From: Gonapodya sp. JEL0774
Lineage: Eukaryota
Assembly (NCBI GenBank): GCA_027604505.1
Contig: JADIIX010000002.1
Span: forward strand, 186,001 to 250,000
Length of the DNA stretch: 64,000 nt
Reading direction: 5' to 3'
The number at the start of each line of letters is the position of its first letter. The first letter of the stretch is position 1. The notes beneath the pieces are model-generated. The model worked only from the letters and a program-made list of their open reading frames with translations, was not told the origin of the DNA and did no database searches. The position numbers were made by a program, and so were the translations under genes. Below, piece by piece: positions 13,654 through 32,361 of the stretch.

Positions 13654-15037
13654 ATGGTGAGAACTAAAGAGTGAGGCTGCAATTTATCGGAACGGCGATT
13701 CTAAATAAATCTTGCAGGCTTCTTCTCTGAGTGAGTGGTTCGATTCAACGGTCGAATGAAGGCGTGTCATGACGACAAGTGTCAGTCTGGAAGGACCTAT
13801 CTCTGAGCCAAATCAGCGATTTTGGTGCCATCTCGGATCCTCAAGATGCCATCAAGTGGGCATACCCTGGTTGCTGTTCCCTCTTGCGCTCTGAACTAAA
13901 ACATTTGGGTTCACCTTAGATTCATCGCAGTGGAGCTCGAAGTACCCGATGAATCCGAAAAGAATGCCATTATACTTGAATTTTACTTTTATGTTCTCAA
14001 GTATGCACCTCGCATGTACCCGCTCCACCGTTGACCAACTGAATGAAGAGCGCCGCCGCAGATTTGCACAGCAAAATGAGTTCACCCCGGAACAATCATC
14101 CACATTTTTTTCGATAATGAAATCGATGCACGAAAGATGCGTTTGTACGTGCATAAAGTTACACGAATTCCGGTGGATTGGTTGCACTGAGTCCAGACCG
14201 ATGTCGCAGTGAACCGTTTCGTTGACATCACTCGCGACTTCGACTACTTCAAAGACCTACTCATTCGCCACAGTATTCATAGACCCCCTTACAGCATGAA
14301 GGTGTTCTCACCCCGTCAAATCAAGGCAATCACGGAGTACGCAACAAACACGTGAGTCTTAGGTAAAGAATTTTCCCGAACTCAATGAGAACATGACCGT
14401 CCCTTCAGGTACTTCCGACACTATCCACTGTACAGCTATGTCTTCACGAAGAAAGTGAAGCTGGATTTTATGGCGTTGGATGTCGCCAACAAACCAGTCG
14501 TGGTCTGTATTCAATAGGTCGTACTACATTGTGTCACTCACACTAAGCCAACAAACCCCAGGAGGCACAAGCACATGCTGATACCGATGAGTCAGTGACC
14601 GAAGTTACCAGTGATTCGGTAACCATCGAGCCACCTACTTCGGCGATCCCCTTGAATGAAGCCTCTCCAACTCAAGACACTGCTCCGTCAGCAATTGAAG
14701 TATTAGAAACCAAGCAACTCGAAATCACAAATGGTACTATTATTAAATACCGTTTCGTTCAACGAACTCTGTTATTCAGGTGTTGAGTATTGTCACAGGT
14801 GTCGAACAAGGACCCACGATGGCAGCCATGGAACCGTCGGTCTCGCAGACGCAAACTGAGGTCAAGAGGACGGAGCGGATGACTGCCAGTGAATCACTTA
14901 GAGCTTTTATTATTGAGGCGCTTTCTCCCGAAATTGAGAAGCTGAAAGTTCAACTTGATGTGCGCCTCGCTCGCAATGATGAGCTTCTCAGAAAACTCCA
15001 AGAAGAGAAATCGGGTCCTGCACCTAAAAAAAAATGA
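13654..15037 (+). CDS. CFAP119: Flagellar central-pair C1a protein CFAP119/CCDC189-like (multi-exon)
   Basis: FTPEQSSTFFSIMK, DFDYFKDLLIRHSIHRPPYSMKVFS..QIKAITEYATNTYFRHYPLYSYVFT and a C-terminal coiled coil. The start (an ATG-only first exon at 13654) is tentative. Confidence 0.8.
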
Positions 15038-15098
15038 ATATCTTCACGAACAAGCGTGAGGGCGAAAGAAGGTATAAATTTGACAGTATGAATACATT

Positions 15099-18000
15099 CT
15101 ATCGAGGCATAGCCTGTAATCCTGTTGCTGCAGCCCCGATTTGGGCAACCTCGCAGATAGTACATACTTTGTCCTTATAATCTGGCAAAAAGGATGCCCC
15201 GCAGAATGAGCAGGTGATAACGGGACTGCCTCGATAGATGGGAGTGAGGGTTTGCCCGCAGGTAACAAAAGGATTGTACTGATCATAATCCAGTTTGATT
15301 TCATCTGTTGGGGTCTTTTCACAAAGCTGCTGGAGCTTCTTGGCCTAATACGAAGTGACAGGCGATGTTTCGTCAATATGAAACCCCCAGGTAAGAGACA
15401 ATACCAACCTGCTGTGCCGCTTGAGGCGGGGGTGCCAATTCCAGCAAACGCCGGGCGAAAATGCCAGCCGAATTTAGATTCCTGATTTTGAAAGCTAAAG
15501 TCATGGCCGATCGTAAGCTAAGCTGAAGGTGAGCTGGTTGCAACTGGCAATGTGTGAAGTATGCAGCCAGTTCAACCGCGCGCTTTTGATTCGCGGGGAC
15601 TTCCATGTTCAGTCTCTTCCTCGAAGTTTCCATACGGAGTCCCAGAATGTATTCTCGCGACACAGCCACCAGCTGTTGTAGCTAGAAACGCAACATGACA
15701 GCTTAAAAGGGGCATGTTCACTGAATTTCTGCATTCGAGTGCTACCCACCTCATCCACTTCGGATCTCCGTGAAACTACAACGAACAGAGACGAGTGCAT
15801 TACTCCCCTGAAAGCAGCAATCGCATCTTCGAACCTTCCTGCAGTGGTCACGGTGTACGCTTCTTGCAGTTTGCTGATGACTTGTTGGAGATTGAACGGG
15901 AGAGCGGGCAACAGACGCCGCGGGTCCTCGTCGTGCTGCCGATGAATTGCGAAAGATATTGCTGGTGCGCATGGCATAGCCGAAAGGTACGTTTTCGAAG
16001 CGGAGTATACGGTAAGAAAGAGGGGTTTGAGTGGTGCAAAATTTACGATTCCGACTTGTCGATTGAGTAGCTGGACGGGTGGGATAATGAGAGAGTGAAT
16101 GCAAGTTCAAGATTACTTGATTTCTTTCTCACCTGCATTGCTGTCTCGAAGGAGCCAGCTGCGACATGGTCCGCAGCTAAACCGGAATTTCTAACCCACA
16201 TTTCTGTTACAGCATTGCCGGCAACGGGAGGAACGAATCCAGTCCCTGGCGCCAGTGCCACAGGCGGACCCCCTCCAAGAGTATCTTCTGGTAGGTCTAA
16301 TTCCGCATCCAAGTCCCACCCACCGTCCACGTCACCATCACTCGTGGTTGGTCCCGTCGGGGCAACCCCAAAGACTGCTGGCACCGAGGACTCCGCTAGT
16401 TCTGGAATTTCCAGATCATCTCCCCACTCTCCTCCAACCTCCTTCATCGCTTGATCGTCCAACGTCATTTTAGGTCCAAGACTTCGATCATCGGATGCAA
16501 GAGCACTCTCAAAGATACTCTTCGAAATGGCGAGTAGCGGCCAATTGTTGTCATGCTGCCTGTACACAGGTGTTGGAGGCTTCAACAAACTCCCGCTGGC
16601 AGAAATGTGGGCAACAGCCTCGGGGGTGATTGTCGCGGACTGAAGAACAAGATTTGCCTCATCCTCAAGGCCGTGGGTTCTGGCGGCGAGGTATGCAAGC
16701 GGGACTGTTCGGATGTAACATTTTCTCAGTGTGATTCATAACCAGACACATTTCAGTACTCACGTTGCCCAACTTCGCGAAGCAAGCGAACTTGCTCATC
16801 GACGTCCCCCAAAAACATAGCGTTATGATAGCGCGACATGGTGTCACCTCTCAACTCCGCAATCTTAAGCATTTTCCGAAGTTTTTCAACATTTCCTGTG
16901 ATAAGGTAGAGAAAGGAAAGCTTATCGAACGCTTTGGCACGCTGGTAAGCTGTTTCGAGGTCCTAAGCACGAGGCATCAGCTTGTAAGACGTCCCAACTT
17001 CGTCAAATAGACCCGACCCACGAGGTGTTTCCCTTGTCTCAGTGCCTCTTGCCCTAACTTCTGCCAAACGTCCTCTCTGTCCAACACTTTCGCGCACTCA
17101 AGTGCGACATCGATATTACCACACTCGATGGCTAGCTCAAATCGAGTTTTCGGGTCTTTCACAAAATGCATTGCCACCTCAGCGTATCCCTTTTTCTGGA
17201 GGTAGGCAATGATAGCCTGTCCCACTAGGTTTGAGGTTCTGATAATGTTAAGGACTTCCTCATAGTTCTTCCGGACAAGAGACAGTTTGAATCGGTATTC
17301 AGTTGGATCAAAGGAGATGAGTTTGACTTTCCCGTCACGGTCCAAACAGCACAGAGCTTTGCCCTTTATTCGGGTGATATAAATCGGCTGGTCCAGTGTA
17401 CGGATGATGCCGTTATCACTATGGGCAAGGAACAGCAGTGTCAGCTCCGCTCACAATTCAAGTGAAGTTCAGACAAACAGTAACGTACCCATTTGGCAAG
17501 GCGTACTTGATGTGATTGAGAGTCGAATACACGAAGATACCAAGTTCGTCCCAAGCACCACTTTTAATCTTTATCGTCTCATGGATCAAGCAAAGCTGTT
17601 CAAGTTGTTTGTTGGCAACAACAATAGCTTCGCAAAGACAAATGTTATTATGTACGTTCTCTGAACCTTGTCATTCGCAATAAACAACGTACTGTGCTTG
17701 CTCAATAGCGCCACTATGTTCATGTCTGGAGACCAAACGACATAGCGCACGCCGTTAACGCTCAGCTCTGAAACAGTGCTCCTGACCTCGGTGTCATAAA
17801 GCGTGATGGTCGTCGGCGTTGCAATCAGAATGTTTTTTGTCCCGGCGTAGAAAATGTCCGACACATTCGCAGGTGCCTTGAATTGCTTTGTGACCTCGTT
17901 GTGCAGATCTTTGATGTAAATTTGCTAGAATGGGTGCAGGAATTGGTGAAGGAAAGGTCGTCGATAGAATTATTATGTAGCAGAGCCACCTGATTTTGCT

Positions 18001-19832
18001 TGTCCAACACTGCAAAGCGGTTTCGGGCCACGAACACCGCGTTGTGTCCTTGCCCCCGTTTTGCCTCCGCAGTGTTGTCTCTTGGCTCACCGCCAATGTC
18101 TTTAGGCATGTTGAAAAGCTCATACGTGCCTCCGTCAGCAGGCTAGACAATTTTCGCGAAGGAGAGAGTTCAACTTCCATTTCTTCCACATACCAAGCGA
18201 ACGTGACTTGAAACCTACCGAGCATACCAGTACTGCGCGTTCGGCAGGGTTATACGAAATCGTCCTGGGGTTCACAAAATGCCCTGCACCTCTGCGAATT
18301 ACGAGCGCTGCAGCATCGTTTCCGCTATTGAAATCATAAACTCGGACGAATCGTTCCTTTACGTAAAGAAGAATCGATTGATATATGGCGTTTGCTGGCC
18401 GCTCCCTTTCTAACTTGAACACAATGAGTCCGGAGTCATGACCCGCAGCAAACAAGTTGAGTTCCGGGTGGGCCGCGAGGATCCAGAAGCGGTCATGCTC
18501 TCGTCGGAACGTTTGGAGACACGTTCGCTTCGTCATATCCCAAACTCGGATAGTTTTATCCTCGCAATCTGACAAAATGAGCTCCTGTCGAGGATGAAAT
18601 AACACACTGGAGACATTGTTGTAGTGTCCACGGCAGGTGTCGACCTCCCAAGCCTTCGTGTCTGCGAAGTGGTAAGTTTTCATGCAAGACGCGCGACGCA
18701 CGTAAACGTATCCAGGCTTACCATTCATTCTCCACAGTTTGACTTGACGGTCGTCCGCTCCCGAGACAATGAGAGGGAGGTTCGGGTGAAAAGAGGCCCA
18801 GTTGACTCCCCGATCGTGACCCTCCAGTACGTATTTCACCACTGCGTCCGTTCCCCCAAAAATGTCCCCCTGCTGACCATTACGACTCACACTATCGTCG
18901 AGTTGTGACGATTGTGGACCAGCCGCGTGCTTCTTACGAAGCCCTACCCCCGCCATGATGAGTCAGTCGGATTTTAAGGTGACGGCGATTGAAGCCGCAG
19001 AATCACCCACCAGAGATGTCCCAGACTCGTACAGTCTGATCTAGGGAGGCTGAAACAACGAGATCATCCTTGGGGTGGAACTGGGCGCACATTACATAAT
19101 GGTTGTGCCCTGTCAGGATGGAAATACAATTCCGAGATTGCCAGTTCCAAATGCGTATCGTCTGATCATCTGACGCCGAAATAATCCAGCTAACAACAAA
19201 AAGCGACGTTCTGAGGAGGTGCTGTGGGGGCCTAGTGATGGTAAACTCACGGCAGTTCGTGGTGAAAGAATACCGTCCGAATGTAGTCCAGGTGGCCATT
19301 CAGACTGTCGCAGCAAAATTCATCAGCTTCCAGCACTACAAAGTTGGGGAAAAAATCTTTCTCGGCAGAACTGTGACCTACGTGAAGAGACAACGCCTCA
19401 GTTTCCAATTCCATACTTTAACCTTGTAATCATCTCCACCGGACACAAAGAGAGGTTGGGTGGGGTGAAAACAGATACCCCGTACAGGCCCTTTCAAGGA
19501 GAATCGTGCGCCATCGTTATCTCATTGTAGGGCAATCCAATTAAAACGTAACGTAACACGGAGCTGGAATCCTCACCTTCATGCTCGTCAAAACGGTCGA
19601 TGAGCGTCCCCATTTTGTAATCCCAAAGCTGCACAGAACCATTGTGGAGAGATGCGAGAATCCATGGTCCTGTTTGGATGGTTGAAAGCCGCAAGGAGGA
19701 TATGTGCGTGTCGTTTCAATAAGATGGTGGAAGACCAGAGACCAGGCAAATGACAGGAGGAAAGTCCGTACTTTTAGGGTGAAATGAAAGTCCCTTCACC
19801 CGGTTACTCTTCGTCTCGAATTTTGAGAGCAT
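15099..19832 (-). CDS. COPA: Coatomer subunit alpha (multi-exon)
   Basis: Starts [22 protein letters not shown]40 repeats ([35 protein letters not shown]), [26 protein letters not shown], and C-terminal [10 protein letters not shown]...CSFC...CTIC...GLQAMPR*. Confidence 0.97.
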
Positions 19833-19985
19833 CGGGTGAAATGGGAACTGTGGGCCAGCCACGGTGGTAACTCATACCCACACCGAGCAATGATCGAGTT
19901 ACTGCATTATTGTTTCAAGGCGCAGGCATTAAAAAGCATCGAGGAAGATATGGGCTACATTTTTCGATCATACAAAAATGGCAAT

Positions 19986-22149
19986 CTAATGGTGGATGGC
20001 AGAGGGGTCTAGGGACGATGGATCGAAGCCGGGCATAGGGAAGCTGGTAGCAAAGTTCTCTACCTCCTTTCGGAGTTTCTGTGTGGATGCAAACAATACG
20101 ATAAGCTGCGCTATTCACGTCAAAAAAAATTCTACATACCGCCAGTTCCTCGCTCTTCTCGCATGCAACAACGAAATCTTTGATGAGCTTGGCATTCTTC
20201 TGTAACTCCAGAGCAAGCTGTACAGCTCGGTGAAGGAACTCTCCCACTTGAACAAAGTCAGCTTCTTTAAAGCTGCGAGATGTCAATGCGGGTGCACCGA
20301 TACGAACACCGCCCGGGGTGAGAGCGGACTGGTCACCGTGAACAGTGTTCTTGTTCAAAGTGATGTTTGCGAAGTCGCAGATCTTCTCCATCTTGGAGCC
20401 CGTGAGGTTGAGAGGTCGCAAGTCGAGGAGCAGCAGGTGGTTCTCCGTGCCGTCGGTCACAATTTTGTATCCGTGTGACCGGAGCGTGTCAGAAAGAGCA
20501 CGTATGTTAGCGCGAACCTGCTTGCAGTATGCCTTCCACAACGGGTCGGCGACTTGTCTGAGGGCGACCGCAACCGCGGCAATCGCATTGTTATGAGGTC
20601 CACCCTGAAATGGACATCGTTGAGAGAGGCATACGGGGTACAGGTGCAAACACCGCACTGCAGACGAACCTGGTTTGATGGGAAGACAGCCTGGTTGACG
20701 CGTTCCTCAAGGTCCCAGTTCTTTTCTCCCTTAGGCGCGCGGCGGAAGAATATTAAACCAGCTCGGGGACCGCGCAGGGTTTTGTGAGTAGTAGTAGTAA
20801 CGACATCACAGTACTCGAAAGGGTTGTTTTGCTCCTGTATGGGGAGACGGCAAAAAGTTTGCGTGGAACAAAAAGGATAGAAATGGAGATATGCAGAATG
20901 GAAGACGCACCTGTGCAGCTACCAAACCACTAATATGGGCCATGTCCATCATGAGGTATGCGCCAGAATCGTCCGCAATCTAATAAGTGAAGCAAAACCA
21001 AACCATTCAGACCACAGAAAATGGTTGGTCCAGAGAGTATAACTCACTTTACGAAGGCGGGCGTAGTCCCAGTCACGTGGGTAAGCACTGGCACCGCAAA
21101 TGAGGAGCTTAGGCCGGAAGACCTTTGCGTTTTCTTCGAGCTTGTCATAGTCCAGGAGTCCGGTAGTCTGTTCATAAAGAAGAATCTTATTGGAGCAGTG
21201 AATGGACGTAAACTGGTGCAAAATCTGCTCACCATATCTACTTTGTACGGGAAGGACTCAAAATAGATTGCTGACGATGAGACCTTCTTCTTTGGAGTGT
21301 AGAAGCCGTGGGTGAGGCTATGGGAAACGCGAAAGGGGCCGTAGTAATGTTATGGTCGACCTTGGACAAAAATTGGATTGAGTGACTACAGATACAAACT
21401 GTCCGCCGCAGGAGAGGTCCAAACCCATCAGACGGTCATGAGGCTGGATAAGTGCGGTGTATGCGCTGAAATTGGCAGTAGAGCCTACATGACGATCCAA
21501 ACACGTCATTCGCGATGTGTCATTCTCTAACGGCTGAACGGTACTTCACCAACCGGAGTAAGACTGAACATTGACACCCCACTTTGAGGAGTCTAGGTCG
21601 AACGCTTTGAGCGCCCTCGCGCGGCATATCTCCTCAATCTGATCAATAAATTCGTTGCCGCCGTAGTAGCGAGCGCCAGGGAGGCCTGTTTGATAGAGAT
21701 TTCAAGATTGTGTTGATTAGATAGGAGGTGGGGAGACGACCATACAAATGCATCCCTCACCCTCAGAGTACTTGTTGGTCAGAGCAGAACCATTTGCTTC
21801 CATCACTGCCTGAGACGTGAAGTTCTGATGACGCCCGCCAAGAAAAAATTCAAGACTACTGTGAGACACGATCCAGTTGCTTCAGGTACTACGACGTGAT
21901 CATACTTCACTAGCGATAAGCTCCAAGCAGCTGTACTGACGGTACATTTCCTTTTGAATGAGCTCGTACATTTCCGGGTCATCCTCCTTGAGTGGGACAT
22001 TGAGCCTCGCGTTCTGTGCGAACAAAAGAGATGTAGTTGATGCCCCACACCCACAGACTCTGCATACTCTGCCGTCATCGTTTGCATCTCACCCAAGAGT
22101 CCACTGGTTTGGTTACTTTGCTGCGGGCAGCGTGGCCGTTGGTAGTCAT
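19986..22149 (-). CDS. SHMT: Serine hydroxymethyltransferase (multi-exon)
   Basis: [36 protein letters not shown]-lysine motif [36 protein letters not shown] and [17 protein letters not shown]. Confidence 0.96.
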
Positions 22150-22340
22150 CGTGGGTCTTGAGATAATCAGGTGAGAGGAATCTGATGAGAAAACTGGGCC
22201 ACCTGAATGACGACGGGATGTCGGTCCGGGTGGATGCGAACTCCCCATTTCGATCAACCAATCAATAAAATTACCGTAACCACAAAAACATCCAATGTAA
22301 CATGTATCTACAAAAAATCGGAAATGGAGAAGAAACTTAT

Positions 22341-24311
<1,971 letters not shown>

Positions 24312-24528
24312 TTTGTCCGTATAAACGTCTGGGCGGACTCAGGGACCACAGCCGACACATGTACACACAGAATCAGCGCTTTCCATTCAAATCGCAACAA
24401 AAGGTAGGGCAGAGCCGCCATTTCTTGCAAGCATGCCATAGAAACGTTGTATTGCTCGGCTGACACCTTTCTTACGCTGGTTTTGCGGGACGGGTTGCGC
24501 AAGATCATCGCATCATCACTGCATTCAA

Positions 24529-26058
<1,530 letters not shown>

Positions 26059-26251
26059 ATGTCTGTAAGGGTGGGATTTTGTTCCAAATGCATGAAATAA
26101 ATTTGCACGGAAGCAGATGTGACTGGCCTGCAGCACCTGTCCTGCAGCTTCCCTTTACCTTTCCTTAAACCTTTCCTAAACCTGTTAGAGCAACTCGGAA
26201 TTTGTTCTTACTCCTCTCTTGCTTCTCTCTTGCTGGACTCTCCTACATGGA

Positions 26252-26887
26252 ATGATGGCAATCAAGCGTTCAGAGCACGCTGCAGCGCAACCTGTGAGAA
26301 CTGGGGACCTCCTCTTGTCGCTACTAGAGACCGTATGAACCCAATTTGCATGCTAGGCTCGTATGGAGCTAACTGCGGTTGCGGAGGAGCTCTATAGCGT
26401 ATCAAACTTTTCGGTGTGTTCGTCATGTGATTGTCTCAGTTGCTTTCGCGACCACCTGCTGACATCGCACTGAAACACCCGTCTTAATCTTCTCGGCACA
26501 CAGGAAGCTGCTCTGAGACTCCACGATCTTCTGATGAAGGCCGGGGACCGTCCTCGAATGAACACACAACGCTTTCGCATATCTGGTGACAAGGAGAAGG
26601 AGATGTTCGTGGGAAAGCTACTGGGAAACGTCGGACGGTCGAGAATGTTTAACCAAGACTTTGTCATAATGAAATCGAAAGCTCCCTCGGTACTGCAAGA
26701 ACCACTGCAAAGAGACTCGAGCGCCATTCGGATGTCGTTTCCGAGCTCTTATGAACATGCCCTACCTCCTCCATTGGTTCCATTGTCCGACAGGACAGAC
26801 TCGTTTGAACACAGGGACGCACTGGATGAAGTTCTGGCTATGATGCTCGCCGGGAGAATGGAAAGCCAACGGACACCGATGCGCTAA
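26252..26887 (+). CDS. Small orphan protein (about 160 aa, 3 predicted exons) with three RMxxQ(R/D) GoLoco-like motifs
   Basis: Predicted exons 26252-26293, 26357-26413 and 26504-26887 join in frame through GT-AG introns. The third exon contains the 117-aa ORF 26534-26887. The 5' exons are tentative. Confidence 0.6.
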
Positions 26888-27007
26888 TACTGGATGGAGA
26901 TGCTTCAGCTGCAGTATAATTTCAATTGTACAGTTATGTAATGCAAATTTGTATCTCGACTGTGCAGAAATCTCACGCCACGTTCGTTCTTATGCACGGA
27001 CAGTCAA

Positions 27008-30455
<3,448 letters not shown>

Positions 30456-30829
30456 TCATTGTTCTGATTCCCCACTACCACATATGTACTCTATTCAATT
30501 GTATTGTGCAAGGTTATCGGTTATTTACGAGTCCCCCATGATTTCCAAAGTGGTGTTTGGTAGACAGACGTAAAGGAAACTGAACAGACACAAGTGTGAG
30601 GTAACTCTGTGGCGAAAATACTTTCGCAGAGCACTCTCTGCAAATTTACAGTGTAAAGTGATTCGTTTGCCTGTAATATGCTGTTCCTCTTCTTGACCAA
30701 CTCTCCCCAGCATTGACCTGGTGATTTGTGTGAATAACAGACCCGTACCCCAACAAACACCTCCTTGGTAGTTCCCCCTAGAGAGTAAAAATGAGTAAAC
30801 GACTTTTTGGACATCACGACTCTGGAGTT

Positions 30830-31998
30830 TCACCTCCTGGAACTCTTATGTGTCAAAAAATACCCATGTACAGTTGATCTCATTTCAACATCCCCTTCAT
30901 CGTTTGGAAACATAGGTTGAGCTTTCACCTCAAATACTTTGGTGACGTCAAATCCTCGTTCACGGGCGCGCTCAAAGAATGCCATATCCATGTGAGCTTT
31001 CTTAGGCACGTGGTGTGTGAAGGTAACAAAGGCAGTGCCACCAGGAGCAAGGCAGGCGAGGCAAGACGTGAGGAGGTGGTCATGTTCGGTGTGGTTCTGT
31101 CATTGAGGATCGGCGGGTGGTGGGTGAAGAGAAGAACTATCATGACAGAGTTGAATTACCAATTTTCTACTCACGAATATAAGGTCTGCAAGAATAATGA
31201 GGTCATATAGGCCTCCATAAGAGTCAGGGGCCGACTTGCTGTTGAGTGCCAGTAGATGTGTGGGGTCGTGGCCCCAGATAAACCCCTCAACCACTACAAC
31301 ACTGGCGAGCTCAGGAGGAAGGTTATGCGCGATGTTGTATTCTATATTTTTGACCAAAATAGGCTCGGGAAAGTCCGTGATTACAACCTGCAGGTTGTGC
31401 CTTTGTGAGAGAGGTGATTAAAGCTTGCGACGGAGGGACAGCTCACCAATGACGCCCCGTTCACGGCCGCTATAAACGAGGGAAGCGCCGCAGCAGCACC
31501 AAGTTCCAAGACACGTTTTCCTCGGCACATATCTTTGTGCTTATCTAGGTACTGGGCACAGACACGGCCAGCATTCCACAACCTGGTGGCCCCATTCCAA
31601 ATTTGAGATACACAGAGCCCTAATTTGAGCGAGGATAGAAACTCACCAATGTGCCCACAAACTCCGCGAGTTGAGAGGTAGGTCAATCCAGGCCGGTGTG
31701 CCTGAGAAGTGAACTTTGCACGCTCACCTGTGCTTGCCGACAAGGCGAACTCGAAACGACACGATTTCGCCCGGCAAAACATCCTCCTGATTTCTGGGTA
31801 CATCTTGAAACGTGGGTGGAGGTGATGGAGGGCGAAACCCAGCGGGTTCCTGCGAGCATGCCCAGTGAAGACGATTCGCGGTCGAGTTGAAATCAAAGCA
31901 CCCCAACCGAGGATAATGATTCGATTTCAGACACTGAGATGAGATACCTCAAATACTGCGAGGTCGCCTTCTTCCCAGTTGTCCTCGTCGGTTGCCAT
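30830..31998 (-). CDS. EFM7: Protein N-terminal/lysine methyltransferase EFM7/NNT1 (multi-exon)
   Basis: FRVRLVGKH, LWNAGRVCAQYL, SAM motif VLELGAAAALPSF, VVITDFPE, GFIWG, DLIILADLIF, FTHHVPKKAHMDMAFF and PMFPNDEGDVEMRSTVHGY. Confidence 0.9.
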
Positions 31999-32361
31999 CC
32001 AGGATCGTTTTCTCTTGCGGACAAGCTGCTGTGGTGCCGATGGCTGACAACGAATAGCCGAATAAGACACCACCCCTTCCCCAAAAAATAGAATAATTCG
32101 ATCCTCTCTAAAAGTACTATTAAGCGAACGAGCTCTGAGTTATTGATGGTCAGTGTAGGTTAAACTTGAGCCAACGTTACCTGTGAACCATACCATCTGC
32201 AAATGAGAGGAGTTTATGTAAGAGCGAGGTGAACGATGAATAAAACGGTTTTGTTTAATAATAACTTGATCTGACGGACGCTTATAACTGCCATCGCCAT
32301 CCACCGGTTCCTCCCAGGCAACTAAACCCACCGTGCAATAAGGAGGTTTTCCTACCCGAGA

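Noticed and set aside
26471..26473. In-frame TGA upstream of the small ORF as a possible selenocysteine codon
   Set aside because: It falls inside a plausible GT-AG intron (26414-26503). There is no redox-motif context and I recognised no SECIS element.
30521..30833. Short minus-strand ORFs between MCM8 and EFM7, and the many antisense ORFs in the track
   Set aside because: They have no motifs and are best explained as 3' UTR or shadows of real exons.
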